DNA of 64,000 nucleotides from Halorussus marinus (GCF_004765795.1 NZ_SBIV01000002.1:1-64000); one strand, 5' to 3'. Positions 39,421 to 49,680 are shown, numbered from the stretch's first letter. Notes: a model not told the origin generated them from the letters alone. Numbers and translations: made by a program.

Positions 39421-40827
39421 ATGCCAAAGCGAGAGCTGTTCGAGACGATCGAATCCGAACGCGAGCGACTCCGTTCGGTCTCCCGAGAGATCTGGGAGAC
39501 TCCGGAGGTCGCCCTGCAGGAGACCGAGTCGAGCGAGCGCCTCCAGTCGGTGCTCCGCGAGGAGGGCTTCGACGTGGAGGCGGGCGTCGGCGGCATCGAG
39601 ACCGCGTTCGTCGCCCGCTACGGCGACGAGGACCCCGTGGTGGGGACGATGGGCGAGTTCGACGCGCTCCCCGGTCTGAGCCAGCGGCCGACCGCCGAGC
39701 GCGAGCCGATCGAGGAGGGCGAGCCGGGCCACGGCTGTGGTCACAACCTCTTCGGCGTCGGGAGCCTCGGCGGCGCGCTCGCGGTCAAGCGCGCCATCGA
39801 GCGCGGGGACCTCTCGGGGAGCGTCGTCTTCTTCGGCACGCCAGCCGAGGAGGCCGGCGGCGGCAAGGTGTACATGGTCCGGGACGGCGCGTTCGACGAC
39901 GTCGACGCGGTCGTCTCGTGGCATCCCGGCTGGTACAACGCCCCCGGGAAGGGGTCGTGTCTCGCGGTCGACTCCTTCGAGTTCGCCTTCGAGGGCGAGT
40001 CCTCCCACGCCGCGGCCGCCCCGGAGGCGGGCCGGTCGGCGCTCGACGCGGTCCAGTTGCTCAACACGGGCGTCGAGTACATGCGCGAACACGTCCCCGA
40101 CGCCGCCCGGATCCACTACGTGATCACCGAGGGCGGCGACGCCGCAAACGTGGTCCCGCCCCAGGCCAGCGTCGAGTATCTGGTCCGGGCGCCCGAGCGC
40201 GAACAGGTCGAACGCATCAGCGAGTGGGTTCGGGACGTCGCCGAGGGCGCGGCCCTGATGACCCAGACCGACCTCGAAACCACCAAGACCAGCGGGATGT
40301 ACGGCGTCCTCCCCAATCACGCGCTCGGGGACGCCATCCGGGAGAACATGGCGGACGCGGAGTTTCCCCTCGACGACGAGCAGGCCGCGTTCGCCGCGGA
40401 GCTCCGGGAGACGCTCGGCGACGTCGACGGCGCGCTCGCACAGCTCCCCGAAGACCGCCGCGAGGAGGCCGACGACGCCGCGATGTTCACCCAACCGATC
40501 GACGCCGTCGACGAGGGCGTGACGGGGTCGTACTCGACCGACTCAGGCGACGTGTCGTGGAACGTCCCGCTCGGTCGGTTCCAGGCGGCGACGTGGCCGG
40601 TCGGCACGCCGGCTCACTCGTGGCAGGCGGTCGCGGCGGGCGCGGATCTGGGCACCGGCGGGATGGAGTTCGCCGCGAAGGTGATCGCCGGAACGCTGTA
40701 CGACCTGCTCGACGACGACGAACTGCTGGCCGAGGCCCGGGCGGAGTTCGAGGACCGCACCGCCGACGCGGAGTACGACTCTCCGCTCCCCGAGGGGGCC
40801 GACCCCTACGAGCTCGTGAACCGATAG
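39421..40827 (+). CDS. M20 amidohydrolase (AbgB-like)
   Basis: EFDALPG, HGCGHN, PAEE, GSYSTDSGDVSW, HSW. Confidence 0.92.
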   Translation: MPKRELFETIESERERLRSVSREIWETPEVALQETESSERLQSVLREEGFDVEAGVGGIETAFVARYGDEDPVVGTMGEFDALPGLSQRPTAEREPIEEGEPGHGCGHNLFGVGSLGGALAVKRAIERGDLSGSVVFFGTPAEEAGGGKVYMVRDGAFDDVDAVVSWHPGWYNAPGKGSCLAVDSFEFAFEGESSHAAAAPEAGRSALDAVQLLNTGVEYMREHVPDAARIHYVITEGGDAANVVPPQASVEYLVRAPEREQVERISEWVRDVAEGAALMTQTDLETTKTSGMYGVLPNHALGDAIRENMADAEFPLDDEQAAFAAELRETLGDVDGALAQLPEDRREEADDAAMFTQPIDAVDEGVTGSYSTDSGDVSWNVPLGRFQAATWPVGTPAHSWQAVAAGADLGTGGMEFAAKVIAGTLYDLLDDDELLAEARAEFEDRTADAEYDSPLPEGADPYELVNR

Positions 40828-40907
40828 CCCGCTCGACCGCGCCGTCCGTGCGGCGCGCCAGCGAGCCGGCCCCCTCCTTTATGCGCTCGCTGGTCCAATG
40901 GGCCGGT

Positions 40908-41654
40908 ATGGCGCACGTCACCGTACACGATGAGGACGTCGATCTCGACAGCCCGACGATGGTCGAAGGACTGCCGGGCGTCGGGCTGGTCGGCAAGCTC
41001 GCGACCGACCACCTCGTCGAGACGCTCGATATGACCTACTACGCCAGTCTGGAGTGTGAGGGCCTGCCGCGCATCTCGGTCTACGAGTCGGGGAGCCGCG
41101 AGGTCCGCCCGCCGGTCCGGGTGTACGCCGACGCCGACCGGGACCTGCTCGCGCTCCAGAGCGACGTGCCAGTCTCGGCCTCGGCGGCCGCGGACTTCGC
41201 GAACTGCGTCACGGAGTGGCTCGACGACAACGACGCCACGCCGATCTACATGAGCGGGCTCCCCCGCGAGAAGGAGGCCGACCGCGTTCCGTCGCTGTAC
41301 GGGGTCGCCACCGGCGACGGGGCCGGACGGCTCGACGACAACGACATCGGCCGCCCGAGCGAGCGCGGCGCCGTCAGCGGCCCGACCGGCGCGCTCCTCC
41401 ACGAGGCCGGCGTCCGCGGGTTCGACGCGGTGGGACTGGTCGTCGAGAGCGACCCGCAGTTCCCGGACCCGGAGGCCGCCCACATCCTGATCGAGAACGG
41501 CATCGCGCCGCTGACCGGCGTCGAGGTCGCGACCGAGGACCTCGTCGACCGCGCCGAGGAGATCAGCGATCAGAAAGAGCAACTCGCCCAGCGGATGCAG
41601 GAGGCCGACCCCGACGAGAGCTCGCAGGCCCAGCCGCTTCGGATGTTCCAGTAG
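40908..41654 (+). CDS. PAC2-family (proteasome assembly chaperone-like) protein
   Basis: EGLPGVGLVGKLA, PDPEAA, C-terminal MFQ (HbYX-like). Confidence 0.9.
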   Translation: MAHVTVHDEDVDLDSPTMVEGLPGVGLVGKLATDHLVETLDMTYYASLECEGLPRISVYESGSREVRPPVRVYADADRDLLALQSDVPVSASAAADFANCVTEWLDDNDATPIYMSGLPREKEADRVPSLYGVATGDGAGRLDDNDIGRPSERGAVSGPTGALLHEAGVRGFDAVGLVVESDPQFPDPEAAHILIENGIAPLTGVEVATEDLVDRAEEISDQKEQLAQRMQEADPDESSQAQPLRMFQ

Positions 41655-41846
41655 AACCTTTTGCTGTGGGCGCGGCACGAGCGCCGCGCCCTTGCAAAAC
41701 GTTCGTGAAAACCGCCGGGAGAGCTTCGCTCTCCCGAGCCTGCGTTCGCTTTGCTCACGCAGACGCCGTCACCGCCTCACGAGCGCCTGCGGCGCTCGTT
41801 CGACGGTTCCTTGGTCCGCTCGCTCACGGTACGTTCGCTCGCGGTG
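41654..41846 (+). repeat. Dispersed palindromic repeat, copy 1
   Basis: GAACCTTTTGC..GGGCGCGGC-ACGAGC-GCCGCGCCC..GCAAAACGTTC head; tail CTTGGTCCGCTCGCTC...TCGCTCGCGGTG shared with other copies. Confidence 0.9.
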
Positions 41847-42047
41847 TGGCCTCTACGTCCCCATAGAGTTTCGAATCTGCGCTGGCTGGTGAAAAATACC
41901 AGTCGATAGTATTACATTTTCTTATTCAGAACTTCCAGTGTAACCCCGGATAGATGCAGAGCGTGTATTGAACATTTCAATTGGTAGGGGTGGTATACCA
42001 CTCACAGATAGAGTTTATATGAATGACCGTTGTATCCCGACTCTCTG

Positions 42048-42446
42048 ATGAATGGCGAGCAAGTACATCAAGGGTCGCACCGCCAAAGACGGGAGCCAGA
42101 CGTTTCTGGCAACTGGTGGTACATCCTTCTACTGAATGGACTTATCTATATTATTGGCGCTCTTGTTGGAGTCGGAATTGGGTTACTCGGCAATAGCATT
42201 GCCTCTCTGGCCGACACGCAGACAGCAGTCCAATTTGTTGAAACCGCTCTTAACGTAACCAGCGTAGTGATTATCGGACTAATCTTTCTTACTCCGATAG
42301 CAGTTCACTTTGACCGAGAATACGTCCGAGCAGTTTCCTCGTGGACACCAACGCCGTTCTACTATCTCGTCTTCCTTGGGCCACTCGGGTCGCTCATCTC
42401 ACTTATCTACCTCTACCACCGTCACAACCATGTGGGAACACCGTAA
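42048..42446 (+). CDS. Low-GC membrane protein, likely acquired
   Basis: Many A/T-ending codons in an AT-rich islet ~41865-42560; 3 hydrophobic segments; TTTATAT upstream. Confidence 0.75.
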   Translation: MNGEQVHQGSHRQRREPDVSGNWWYILLLNGLIYIIGALVGVGIGLLGNSIASLADTQTAVQFVETALNVTSVVIIGLIFLTPIAVHFDREYVRAVSSWTPTPFYYLVFLGPLGSLISLIYLYHRHNHVGTP

Positions 42447-42563
42447 CTGTCTGAACCATGGGCGCCATTTTACTTTCATTGCTCAATCCGCACCACGTAT
42501 CGAGCAAAACCACGGAGTCATTCACGAACTGCAGACTAAATAAAACCGTATCACCAACTGCTG

Positions 42564-43208
42564 TTACACTCGATCGAGCACTTCCGGGACCTCACGGAGC
42601 GACTCGACGACGGCGTCGGCTCGATCTGCGCCGTCGTCGGGGTCCTCGGCGAGGTAGATGCCGGCGAAGCCGGCGGCCTGCGCCGGGAGCACGTCGCGTT
42701 CGAGGTCGTCGGCGACGAAGGCGTACTCGTCGGCCGACAGTTCGTCTCTGGCCGCCGCGAAGATCTCGGGGTCGGGCTTGGCCGCGCCAACGTCGCCCGA
42801 AACCACGACCGCGTCGAGCCGATCGGCGAGGCCGTACCGGTCGAGCTTCCGGCGCTGGACCCGCTCGGAGCCGTTGGTCAGCACGCCCGTCGGGCAGTCG
42901 AGGGCGTCGAGCGCCTCGCGGGCGCCCGGCCGGGGCTGGGCGGCGTCGACCTCCCGATCGACGTAGGCCGACGCGAGCTCGTCGAAGTCGGCCACGAAGT
43001 TGAACTCCTCGCAGAGGTCAGCCATCGCCGCCCGGGTGGGTTCGGGGTGACACTCCTCGAGGTACTCGAAGAAGACCTCAGTGTAGTACTCGTGGTAGTC
43101 GGAGTCGGGGGTCACGCCCGCGTCCGAGAGGGCGGTTTCGAAGACCGACTCGAAGTCCGCCGGGAGTTCGACGAGCGTTCCGTCGAGGTCGAAACAGACT
43201 GCGCGCAT
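42564..43208 (-). CDS. HAD-family hydrolase
   Basis: FDLDGTL, LTNG, KPDPEIF. Confidence 0.9.
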   Translation of the reverse strand: MRAVCFDLDGTLVELPADFESVFETALSDAGVTPDSDYHEYYTEVFFEYLEECHPEPTRAAMADLCEEFNFVADFDELASAYVDREVDAAQPRPGAREALDALDCPTGVLTNGSERVQRRKLDRYGLADRLDAVVVSGDVGAAKPDPEIFAAARDELSADEYAFVADDLERDVLPAQAAGFAGIYLAEDPDDGADRADAVVESLREVPEVLDRV

Positions 43209-43240
43209 GGCAGGGACCTCACACCCCACCGACAAAAGTC

Positions 43241-44395
43241 TCAGGACTGCCGATACACGAGGTTTCGCTGGATCTCGTTTGCGCCCTCGTAGATAACCGG
43301 GATGCGAACGTCCCGATACACCCGTGCGATCCGGCGGTCGGTCAGGATCGAGCGTCCGCCGTGGAACTGCATCCCCTGCTCGGCGCAGTCGGTCGCGGTC
43401 TCGGTCGCCTTCACCTTGCTCATCGCGGCCCACCGACCGGCGTTCTCGCCGTCCCGGACCTTCTGGGCGGCCCGGTAGGCCAGCGCGCGGGCGGACTCGA
43501 ACTCGATCTGCATGTCGGCGAGGCCGTGCTGGACCGCCTGGAAGTCAGCGATGGTGCGGCCGAACTGCTCGCGGTCGTGGACGAACGACCACGCCTCCTC
43601 GATGGCGGCCGCCGCGAGCCCGAGCCCGTGGCCCGAGACGACCACGCGACCGAAGTTGAAGAACTCGGCGAGCATCATGAACCCGGCGCCCTCGTGGCCG
43701 ACGAGGTTGTCGGCCGGGATCCGGCAGTCGTCGAAGACGATGTGGGCCTGCTTGCTCGCGCGCATCCCCATCTTCTCGGGGATGTGCTCGGCGTCGTACC
43801 CGTCGGCGTCGGTCGGGACGATGAAAAGCGAGTGGTTGCCGTAGCGGTTGTCGGGGTCCTCGCCGGTCCGGGCGTAGACGGTGAGCCAGTCGCCCTCGAC
43901 GCCGTTGCCGATCCAGTACTTCTCGCCGTTCAGGACCCACTCGTCGGCGTCCTCGTCTTTCTCGGCGGTCGTCTCCATCCCCGAGAGGTCGCTCCCGGTT
44001 TCGGGCTCGGAGACCGCCAGTCCCGTGAGCTGGTCGCCCTCTGCGACCGGCCGGAGGTACGCCTCTTTTTGCTCGTCGGTGCCGTACTTCTCGACGATCT
44101 CGGCGCCGAAGCTCGCGAGCTGGAGCGACAGCGCGATCCCCGCGTCGGCCCGGAACCACTCCTCGGCGACCGCGAGCATCTCGACGACGTCGAGGCCCCG
44201 GCCGCCGTACTCCTCGCCGATGTCCTGTGCGACGAGGCCGGCGTCCCGGCCGGCCTCCAGCACGTCCCACGGGTACTCGCCCGCCCGGAAGCACTCCTCG
44301 GCGTTGGGCGCGACGTGTTCGTCGGCGAACTCGCGGGCCTCCTGTTTGACGTCTCGGGCGTACTCCGGAACGACGTCCGCGGAGAGCAACTCCAT
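43241..44395 (-). CDS. Acyl-CoA dehydrogenase
   Basis: SEPETGSD, NGEKYWI, REQFG, IYEGANEIQR. Confidence 0.95.
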   Translation of the reverse strand: MELLSADVVPEYARDVKQEAREFADEHVAPNAEECFRAGEYPWDVLEAGRDAGLVAQDIGEEYGGRGLDVVEMLAVAEEWFRADAGIALSLQLASFGAEIVEKYGTDEQKEAYLRPVAEGDQLTGLAVSEPETGSDLSGMETTAEKDEDADEWVLNGEKYWIGNGVEGDWLTVYARTGEDPDNRYGNHSLFIVPTDADGYDAEHIPEKMGMRASKQAHIVFDDCRIPADNLVGHEGAGFMMLAEFFNFGRVVVSGHGLGLAAAAIEEAWSFVHDREQFGRTIADFQAVQHGLADMQIEFESARALAYRAAQKVRDGENAGRWAAMSKVKATETATDCAEQGMQFHGGRSILTDRRIARVYRDVRIPVIYEGANEIQRNLVYRQS

Positions 44396-44432
44396 ACCGG
44401 ACGAAGGGACCGCGACGTGAAATAGCTCGGGG

Positions 44433-46094
44433 CTACTCGGACTCCTCGTCGGGGGCCGCCTCCTCGGGGACCGCCCCGTCGACGAGCGAGTGGTCGTCGT
44501 ACTGGTCGCGCAACACCTTCTTGTCGAACTTGCCGGTCGCGGTCTTGGGGACCTCCTCGATGAACACGACCTCGTCGGGCGCCCACCACCGGGGGTACTC
44601 CTCGCTGATCGCGGCCAGTAGCTCGTCTTTGAGCGTCTCCTGATCGGTGCCCGCGGTCGGGACGACGAACGCGACCGGCCGCTCCTGCCAGCGCTCGTGG
44701 GGGACGCCGACGACGGTCGCCTCCGCCACGTCGTCGTGGGCCATCAGCGCGTTCTCGAGTTCGAGCGAGGAGATCCACTCGCCGCCGCTCTTGATCACGT
44801 CTTTGGCGCGGTCGACGATGTTGATGTAGCCGTCCTCGTCGACGGTCACGACGTCACCGGTCTTGAGCCACTCGCCCTCGAAGTCCTCCTCGTTGGCCTC
44901 GGGCCGTTTGAAGTACGACTGGGTGACCCACGGCCCCTTGATGTAGAGTTCGCCGAAGTCCTCGCCGTTCCACGGCACCTCCGTGCCGTCGTCGTCGACG
45001 ACTTTGAACTCGAGGCCGGGCACGATGAGCCCCTGTTTGCCCTGCTTGTCGTACCGGCTGTCGGCGTCCCACTCCTCCATGCCGTCTTTGAGGTGGGAGA
45101 CGCTGCCGATCGGCGCGGTCTCGGTCATCCCCCACGCGTGGAGCACCTCGACGTCGTACTCCTCGTCGAACCGCCGGATGACCGACTTCGGGGCGGCGCT
45201 CCCGCCGATGACGATGGTTTCGAGCGACGAGATGTCGGCGTCGTTGTCTTCGAGGTACTCCAGCAGTCCGAGCCACACCGTCGGGACGCCCGCGGTGAAG
45301 GTGACCCCTTCGGACTCGATGAGGTCGGCCAGATCGGCGGGGTCCGGCGACGGGCCGGGGTAGACGTGGGTGGCGCCGGCGGCGGTCGCCGAGTACGGCA
45401 TCCCCCACGCGTTGACGTGGAACATCGGGACGACCGGCATGATGACGTCCGACTCGTCGAACTGGAGTCCCTGCGGGGTCAGCGACGCCATCGTGTGGCC
45501 CCACAGCATCTGCTGGGTGTACTCGACGCCCTTCGGGTCGCCGGTGGTGCCGGAGGTGTAACACATCCCGGCGGGCGTGTCGCCCGACAGGCTCGGCCAG
45601 TCGTAGTCGGTCGACTCGTCGCCGACGAACGACTCGTAGTCGGTCACGGGCGCGAGGTCGGTGTCGGGCACCTCCTCGTCCATCACGACGAACTGCTCGA
45701 CGCCGTCGAACGCCGCCGAGTCGGCCGCGCCTTCGAGCTTTTCGACCAGCGAGGCGTCGACGAAGATGAGTCGGTCGTCGGCGTTCTCGACGATGTGCTC
45801 GATGTGGTGGTCGGGAAGCAGGGGGTTGATCGTGTGGAGCTGTCGGCCCGAGTTCGGCACGCCGAAGTACGTCTCGAAGTGGCGGTGGTGGTTCCAGCAG
45901 AAGGTCGCGACCCGTTCGCCGGACTCGATCCCGGCGGCGTCGAGGGCGTTCGCCAGGCGGGCGGTGCGGTCCTCGAAGGTCGCGTAGTCGTAGCGCTCGA
46001 TCCCGCGGTTGGTGCGCGAGACGATCTCGGTGTCGGGGTAGAGGTTGGCCGCGCGCCACAGGAACGGTCGGAGCGTCGTGTCTGCGCCTCCCAT
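44433..46094 (-). CDS. Acyl-CoA synthetase (long-chain fatty acid-CoA ligase family)
   Basis: YTSGTTGDPKG, WGMTET, TGD, DRAKDVIKSGGE. Confidence 0.95.
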   Translation of the reverse strand: MGGADTTLRPFLWRAANLYPDTEIVSRTNRGIERYDYATFEDRTARLANALDAAGIESGERVATFCWNHHRHFETYFGVPNSGRQLHTINPLLPDHHIEHIVENADDRLIFVDASLVEKLEGAADSAAFDGVEQFVVMDEEVPDTDLAPVTDYESFVGDESTDYDWPSLSGDTPAGMCYTSGTTGDPKGVEYTQQMLWGHTMASLTPQGLQFDESDVIMPVVPMFHVNAWGMPYSATAAGATHVYPGPSPDPADLADLIESEGVTFTAGVPTVWLGLLEYLEDNDADISSLETIVIGGSAAPKSVIRRFDEEYDVEVLHAWGMTETAPIGSVSHLKDGMEEWDADSRYDKQGKQGLIVPGLEFKVVDDDGTEVPWNGEDFGELYIKGPWVTQSYFKRPEANEEDFEGEWLKTGDVVTVDEDGYINIVDRAKDVIKSGGEWISSLELENALMAHDDVAEATVVGVPHERWQERPVAFVVPTAGTDQETLKDELLAAISEEYPRWWAPDEVVFIEEVPKTATGKFDKKVLRDQYDDHSLVDGAVPEEAAPDEESE

Positions 46095-46206
46095 ACCGTC
46101 GAGTTGGTGCCCGGATTGATAGGGCTTGCTACCACAGTCGACTACCGGCGGGGAGTTTACTCCACGAATCAGAATCGTTATCACCGAAGTGTCGAAACGA
46201 GATGAC

Positions 46207-46965
46207 GTGACGGAGGCCGACCCGTTTCGGGTGGACTTGCACGTCAAGGTGCTCGACGAAGGCGTCGTCGAGCGGGCGAAAGCCCGCGGGCTCGACGCGA
46301 TAGCGTACGCGCCACACTTCACCCGGCTCCCCGACGTCCGCGAGCGCGCCCGGCGGTTCTCCGACGAGGACCTGCTCGTCGTCCCGGGCCGGGAAGTCTT
46401 TACCGGGTCGTGGCGCAACCGCAAGCACGTCCTCGCGCTCGGGCTCGAGGAGCCGGTGCCCGACTTCATCTCGCTCGGCGACGCGATGGCGGAGTTCGAC
46501 CGTCAGGACGCCGCGGTGCTGGTCCCGCACCCGGAGTTTCTCACGGTCGGTCTCGACGCCGGTGATCTGGCGGCCTACCGCGACCGGATCGACGCGGTCG
46601 AGGCGTACAACCCCAAACACTGGCGACACCACGACCGGCGGGCCCGCGGGCTGGCTCGGGAGTACGACCTCCCGGCGTACACCTCCTCGTACGCCCACCT
46701 CCGGCGGACGATCGGCGAGGCGTGGGTCGAGTTCGACCGCCGGGTCGACTCGGCGCGGGCGCTCGTCGACGCGCTCAGAGACGGCGTCGAACGCCGGGTG
46801 GTCCACCGGACGGGACTGGGCCACCGGCTCCGGTGTGCCGCGGAGTTCGCCCACCTCGGGTGGGAGAACTCCTGGAAGAAGATCGATCGGCTGTTCCTCT
46901 CGGGGACCGAACCCACCCACCCCGATCACATCGTGTACGACGGTCGCTTCGAGGGCGTCTACTGA
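46207..46965 (+). CDS. PHP-domain protein
   Basis: DLHVK, YAPHF, PGRE, PHP, SSYAH; GTG start inferred. Confidence 0.82.
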   Translation: MTEADPFRVDLHVKVLDEGVVERAKARGLDAIAYAPHFTRLPDVRERARRFSDEDLLVVPGREVFTGSWRNRKHVLALGLEEPVPDFISLGDAMAEFDRQDAAVLVPHPEFLTVGLDAGDLAAYRDRIDAVEAYNPKHWRHHDRRARGLAREYDLPAYTSSYAHLRRTIGEAWVEFDRRVDSARALVDALRDGVERRVVHRTGLGHRLRCAAEFAHLGWENSWKKIDRLFLSGTEPTHPDHIVYDGRFEGVY

Positions 46966-46989
46966 GCCGCCGCGGGTCCGTCGCGGCGA

Positions 46990-47472
46990 TCAGACGAGTC
47001 CGGCGACGACGGTCGTGATGTCCTGAACCGGCACGTCGAGGTGGACGACCGCCGCGATGGCCGCGAGTTCGAGACCGGTGACCGCGACGGTCACCGCGGT
47101 CGCCCGGTCGCTGGAGACCGCGACGCCGACCGGGAGGTTGTACTCCTTCGAGTACGGGTAAAAGAGGGCGATACCGCGCTTGCTCCCGATCACGTCGAGG
47201 ACGTAGTGGGTGGCGACGCCGATCCAGACGTAGTGGAGATTACCGAAGTAGACGGGGTAGGCCGCGATGACCGCCAACACCGGGAGGTTGTGGAGCGTCT
47301 TGCGGTGCTTGCCGAACGCGGTGTCGACGTCCGGGAACAGCGCGCCGAGCACGACTGGCACCGACACCTCGGCGATCATCCGGAACGTCGGCACGTCGCC
47401 CGCCGGGTAGATGATGTACCCGAGTCCGATGCTCAAAAGCACCGCGTTCAGGACGTGTCCCTCCTTGTTCAT
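46990..47472 (-). CDS. YdjM-like membrane metal-dependent hydrolase
   Basis: GH, PDVD, HRKTLH, THYVLD. Confidence 0.85.
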   Translation of the reverse strand: MNKEGHVLNAVLLSIGLGYIIYPAGDVPTFRMIAEVSVPVVLGALFPDVDTAFGKHRKTLHNLPVLAVIAAYPVYFGNLHYVWIGVATHYVLDVIGSKRGIALFYPYSKEYNLPVGVAVSSDRATAVTVAVTGLELAAIAAVVHLDVPVQDITTVVAGLV

Positions 47473-47550
47473 GGTCGGACCTCCGTCGCCTCGTCGTCGC
47501 GTCGCGGGGGCATGTCCGATGCCTTCGCCGGAGGGGTGACAAGGTTTTCC

Positions 47551-48060
47551 CTATCGGAGTTCGGCGCGGAGGTCCTCGAGCGCCCGGCGGGCGATCTGTT
47601 CTTTGATCGCCCGGCGGTCGCCGTCGAACTCGTAGCGCGAGACGGTCGCGAACGACTCCTGGGTGCCCCAGTCGGCGGCGTACGCCACGCCGACGAACAC
47701 GGTCCCGACCGGCTTCTCGTCGGTCCCGCCGGTCGGCCCGGCGATCCCGGTGGTGGCGACGCCCCACGTCGCGTCGGCCACGTCCCGGACCCCGCGGGCC
47801 ATCTGGCGGGCGACCGGCTCGCTGACCGCCCCGGACTCGTCGAGGCTCTCACGAGAGACGCCGAGGTGCTGGCGCTTGGCGTCGTACGAGTAGGTGACGA
47901 GACTCCGGTCGAAGTAGTCGCTCGATCCGGCCACGTCGGTCAACAGCGAGCCGATCAGGCCGCCGGTACACGACTCCGCGACCGCGACGGTCTGGTCGGC
48001 CTCCCGGAGCGGGTTCCCGATCCGTTCCTCGATCGGCGGGTCGTCGGCGTGTTCGCGCAT
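47551..48060 (-). CDS. CinA/PncC family protein
   Basis: AESCTGG, GAVSE, TTGIAGPTGG, KPVGTV. Confidence 0.93.
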   Translation of the reverse strand: MREHADDPPIEERIGNPLREADQTVAVAESCTGGLIGSLLTDVAGSSDYFDRSLVTYSYDAKRQHLGVSRESLDESGAVSEPVARQMARGVRDVADATWGVATTGIAGPTGGTDEKPVGTVFVGVAYAADWGTQESFATVSRYEFDGDRRAIKEQIARRALEDLRAELR

Positions 48061-48112
48061 GGCCGGACCGAGGGGCGCGGACGGAAAGAATGTGTGGGCT
48101 CCGGCGGGGCGG

Positions 48113-48694
48113 TCACCCGCCGGTGTCGTACTTGTAGGTCGCGGAGTCGGGGTCGATGCCGAAGTCCTCGGCCGACTCCTCGGGCTCGCCGTCGTCGTCG
48201 GTCGGCTGGGCGCCCTTGAACCGCTCGCGGAGCCGGTCGGGCATCTCGAACTCCGCGACGGCGAGACGCATCCCGACTGCGTCGGGGTCGAGGTTCTCGC
48301 GTTTGGTTTCGAGGCGCTCGACGAGCCGATCGGGGAGGTCGGCGGCATCGGCGCCCTCGAAGCCGAACTGCGCGAGGTAGTCGGTCGCGCTCGTCAGCGA
48401 GTAGACGGTCTCGAACGACTGATCGCGGGCGTGTTCGACCAGTCGCTCGACGACGTGGGCGCCGACGCCCTGCCGGCGCCACGAGTCCAGCACGCCGATG
48501 CTGGTGAGCTCACAGAACTCGCCCTCGTCGGTCTTGTGGATGCGGATGCGGCCGAACCCGGCCTTCTCGCCCGACGCCTCGTCGATGGCGACCACGTAGT
48601 CTCGCGAGCGGAACGCGGTTTCGTCCAGCCCCATCTCCTCGATGTGGTCGAGCAGCCAGACCTCCTCCCTGTTTTTCGCGTCCCGGACGTACAT
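48113..48694 (-). CDS. GNAT acetyltransferase
   Basis: SWRRQGVG acetyl-CoA motif, QFGFE. Confidence 0.9.
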   Translation of the reverse strand: MYVRDAKNREEVWLLDHIEEMGLDETAFRSRDYVVAIDEASGEKAGFGRIRIHKTDEGEFCELTSIGVLDSWRRQGVGAHVVERLVEHARDQSFETVYSLTSATDYLAQFGFEGADAADLPDRLVERLETKRENLDPDAVGMRLAVAEFEMPDRLRERFKGAQPTDDDGEPEESAEDFGIDPDSATYKYDTGG

Positions 48695-48768
48695 GGGTGT
48701 CCGTTCGCCGCCGTACGGTAAAAAGGGTGGCGCTCGCCCGAGTCGGGCGCGGCCGGAGCCGACCGGAG

Positions 48769-49074
48769 TCAGAGCCCGCCGGTCACCTCGTCGAGGCGGT
48801 TCACGACCTGCTGGAGGTCGGCCGCGTCTTCGATGGCGTCGCGTGCGCGCTCGCGCTGGCGGACCTCCGCCGCGCTCGCGCCGTAGGCCCGGACGTACTC
48901 CGCTCGCGAGTGCTCGTTGAACGCGTGCCGGATCGCGAAGTAGCCGTCGGGGACGACCGACCCGCACACCTTGCACTCGCGGCGCTTGTGGTCGGTCGTC
49001 TGGTGGACGATGGCTTCCTCGACGTCGTCGAACTCCTCGCCGCAACCGTCGATGGCGCACTCCCAGTCGCTCAT
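48769..49074 (-). CDS. Small protein with two C2H2 zinc-finger-like motifs
   Basis: C-x4-C-x12-H-x4-H and C-x2-C-x12-H-x4-H. Confidence 0.82.
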   Translation of the reverse strand: MSDWECAIDGCGEEFDDVEEAIVHQTTDHKRRECKVCGSVVPDGYFAIRHAFNEHSRAEYVRAYGASAAEVRQRERARDAIEDAADLQQVVNRLDEVTGGL

Positions 49075-49114
49075 GAGCGGGTGGTCGAACTCCCCCGGTA
49101 AATCTCTTTCCGCC

Positions 49115-49258
49115 CGACCTTTTGCTGCGGGCGCGGCACGAGCGCCGCGCCCTTGCAAAAGCTCGATCAAAAACCGGCGCTCCTCCCGACGTTCGCTGCG
49201 CTCACTCTGGTCGTCGCTTGGTCCGCTCGCTCGGGCTTCGCCCTCGCTCGCGGTGCGA
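49115..49258 (+). repeat. Dispersed palindromic repeat, copy 2
   Basis: CGACCTTTTGCTGCGGGCGCGGCACGAGCGCCGCGCCCTTGCAAAAGCTCG ... CTTGGTCCGCTCGCTC...TCGCTCGCGGTGCG. Confidence 0.9.
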
Positions 49259-49334
49259 TTGCTGGAGCAACTGTGGACTGTCGAGGCGGCGCGACTCCAT
49301 CAGACCTTTCTCGGCGACTCACATTCGTGGACGT

Positions 49335-49481
49335 ATGAGCGACATCGAAGACGCAGTAGACGAGTTCCTCCGCGAGACGGATACGGTGTTTAGCGAGTAC
49401 GAACAGGGGTATATGGACGCGGACGCGGCCCTAGAGCGTATCGAGAACCATATCGGGACGCTGCGAGAGCAGCGGGAGTAG
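49335..49481 (+). CDS. 48-aa acidic protein
   Basis: MSDIEDAVDEFLRETDTVFSEYEQGYMDADAALERIENHIGTLREQRE; amphipathic pattern. Confidence 0.7.
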   Translation: MSDIEDAVDEFLRETDTVFSEYEQGYMDADAALERIENHIGTLREQRE

Positions 49482-49525
49482 CGACTCTCGAAGCAGCCTG
49501 ACTAACCGCCGTTGAGTACCTGCAG

Positions 49526-49680
49526 TCGCACCGCGAGCGAACGGAGTGAGCGAGCGGACCAAGGAACCGTCGACCGAACGCCCGAGCGAAGCGAGGGCGG
49601 GAGGGAGGCGGTGACGCCGTGTTTTTGATCGAGCTTTTGCAAGGGCGGCGCGTTCAGGCGCCGCCCGCAGCAAAAGGTCG
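49526..49680 (-). repeat. Dispersed palindromic repeat, copy 3
   Basis: Reverse strand CGACCTTTTGCTGCGGGCGGCGCCTGAACGCGCCGCCCTTGCAAAAGCTCGATCAAAAAC...TCGACGGTTCCTTGGTCCGCTCGCTCAC...TCGCTCGCGGTGCG. Confidence 0.9.
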
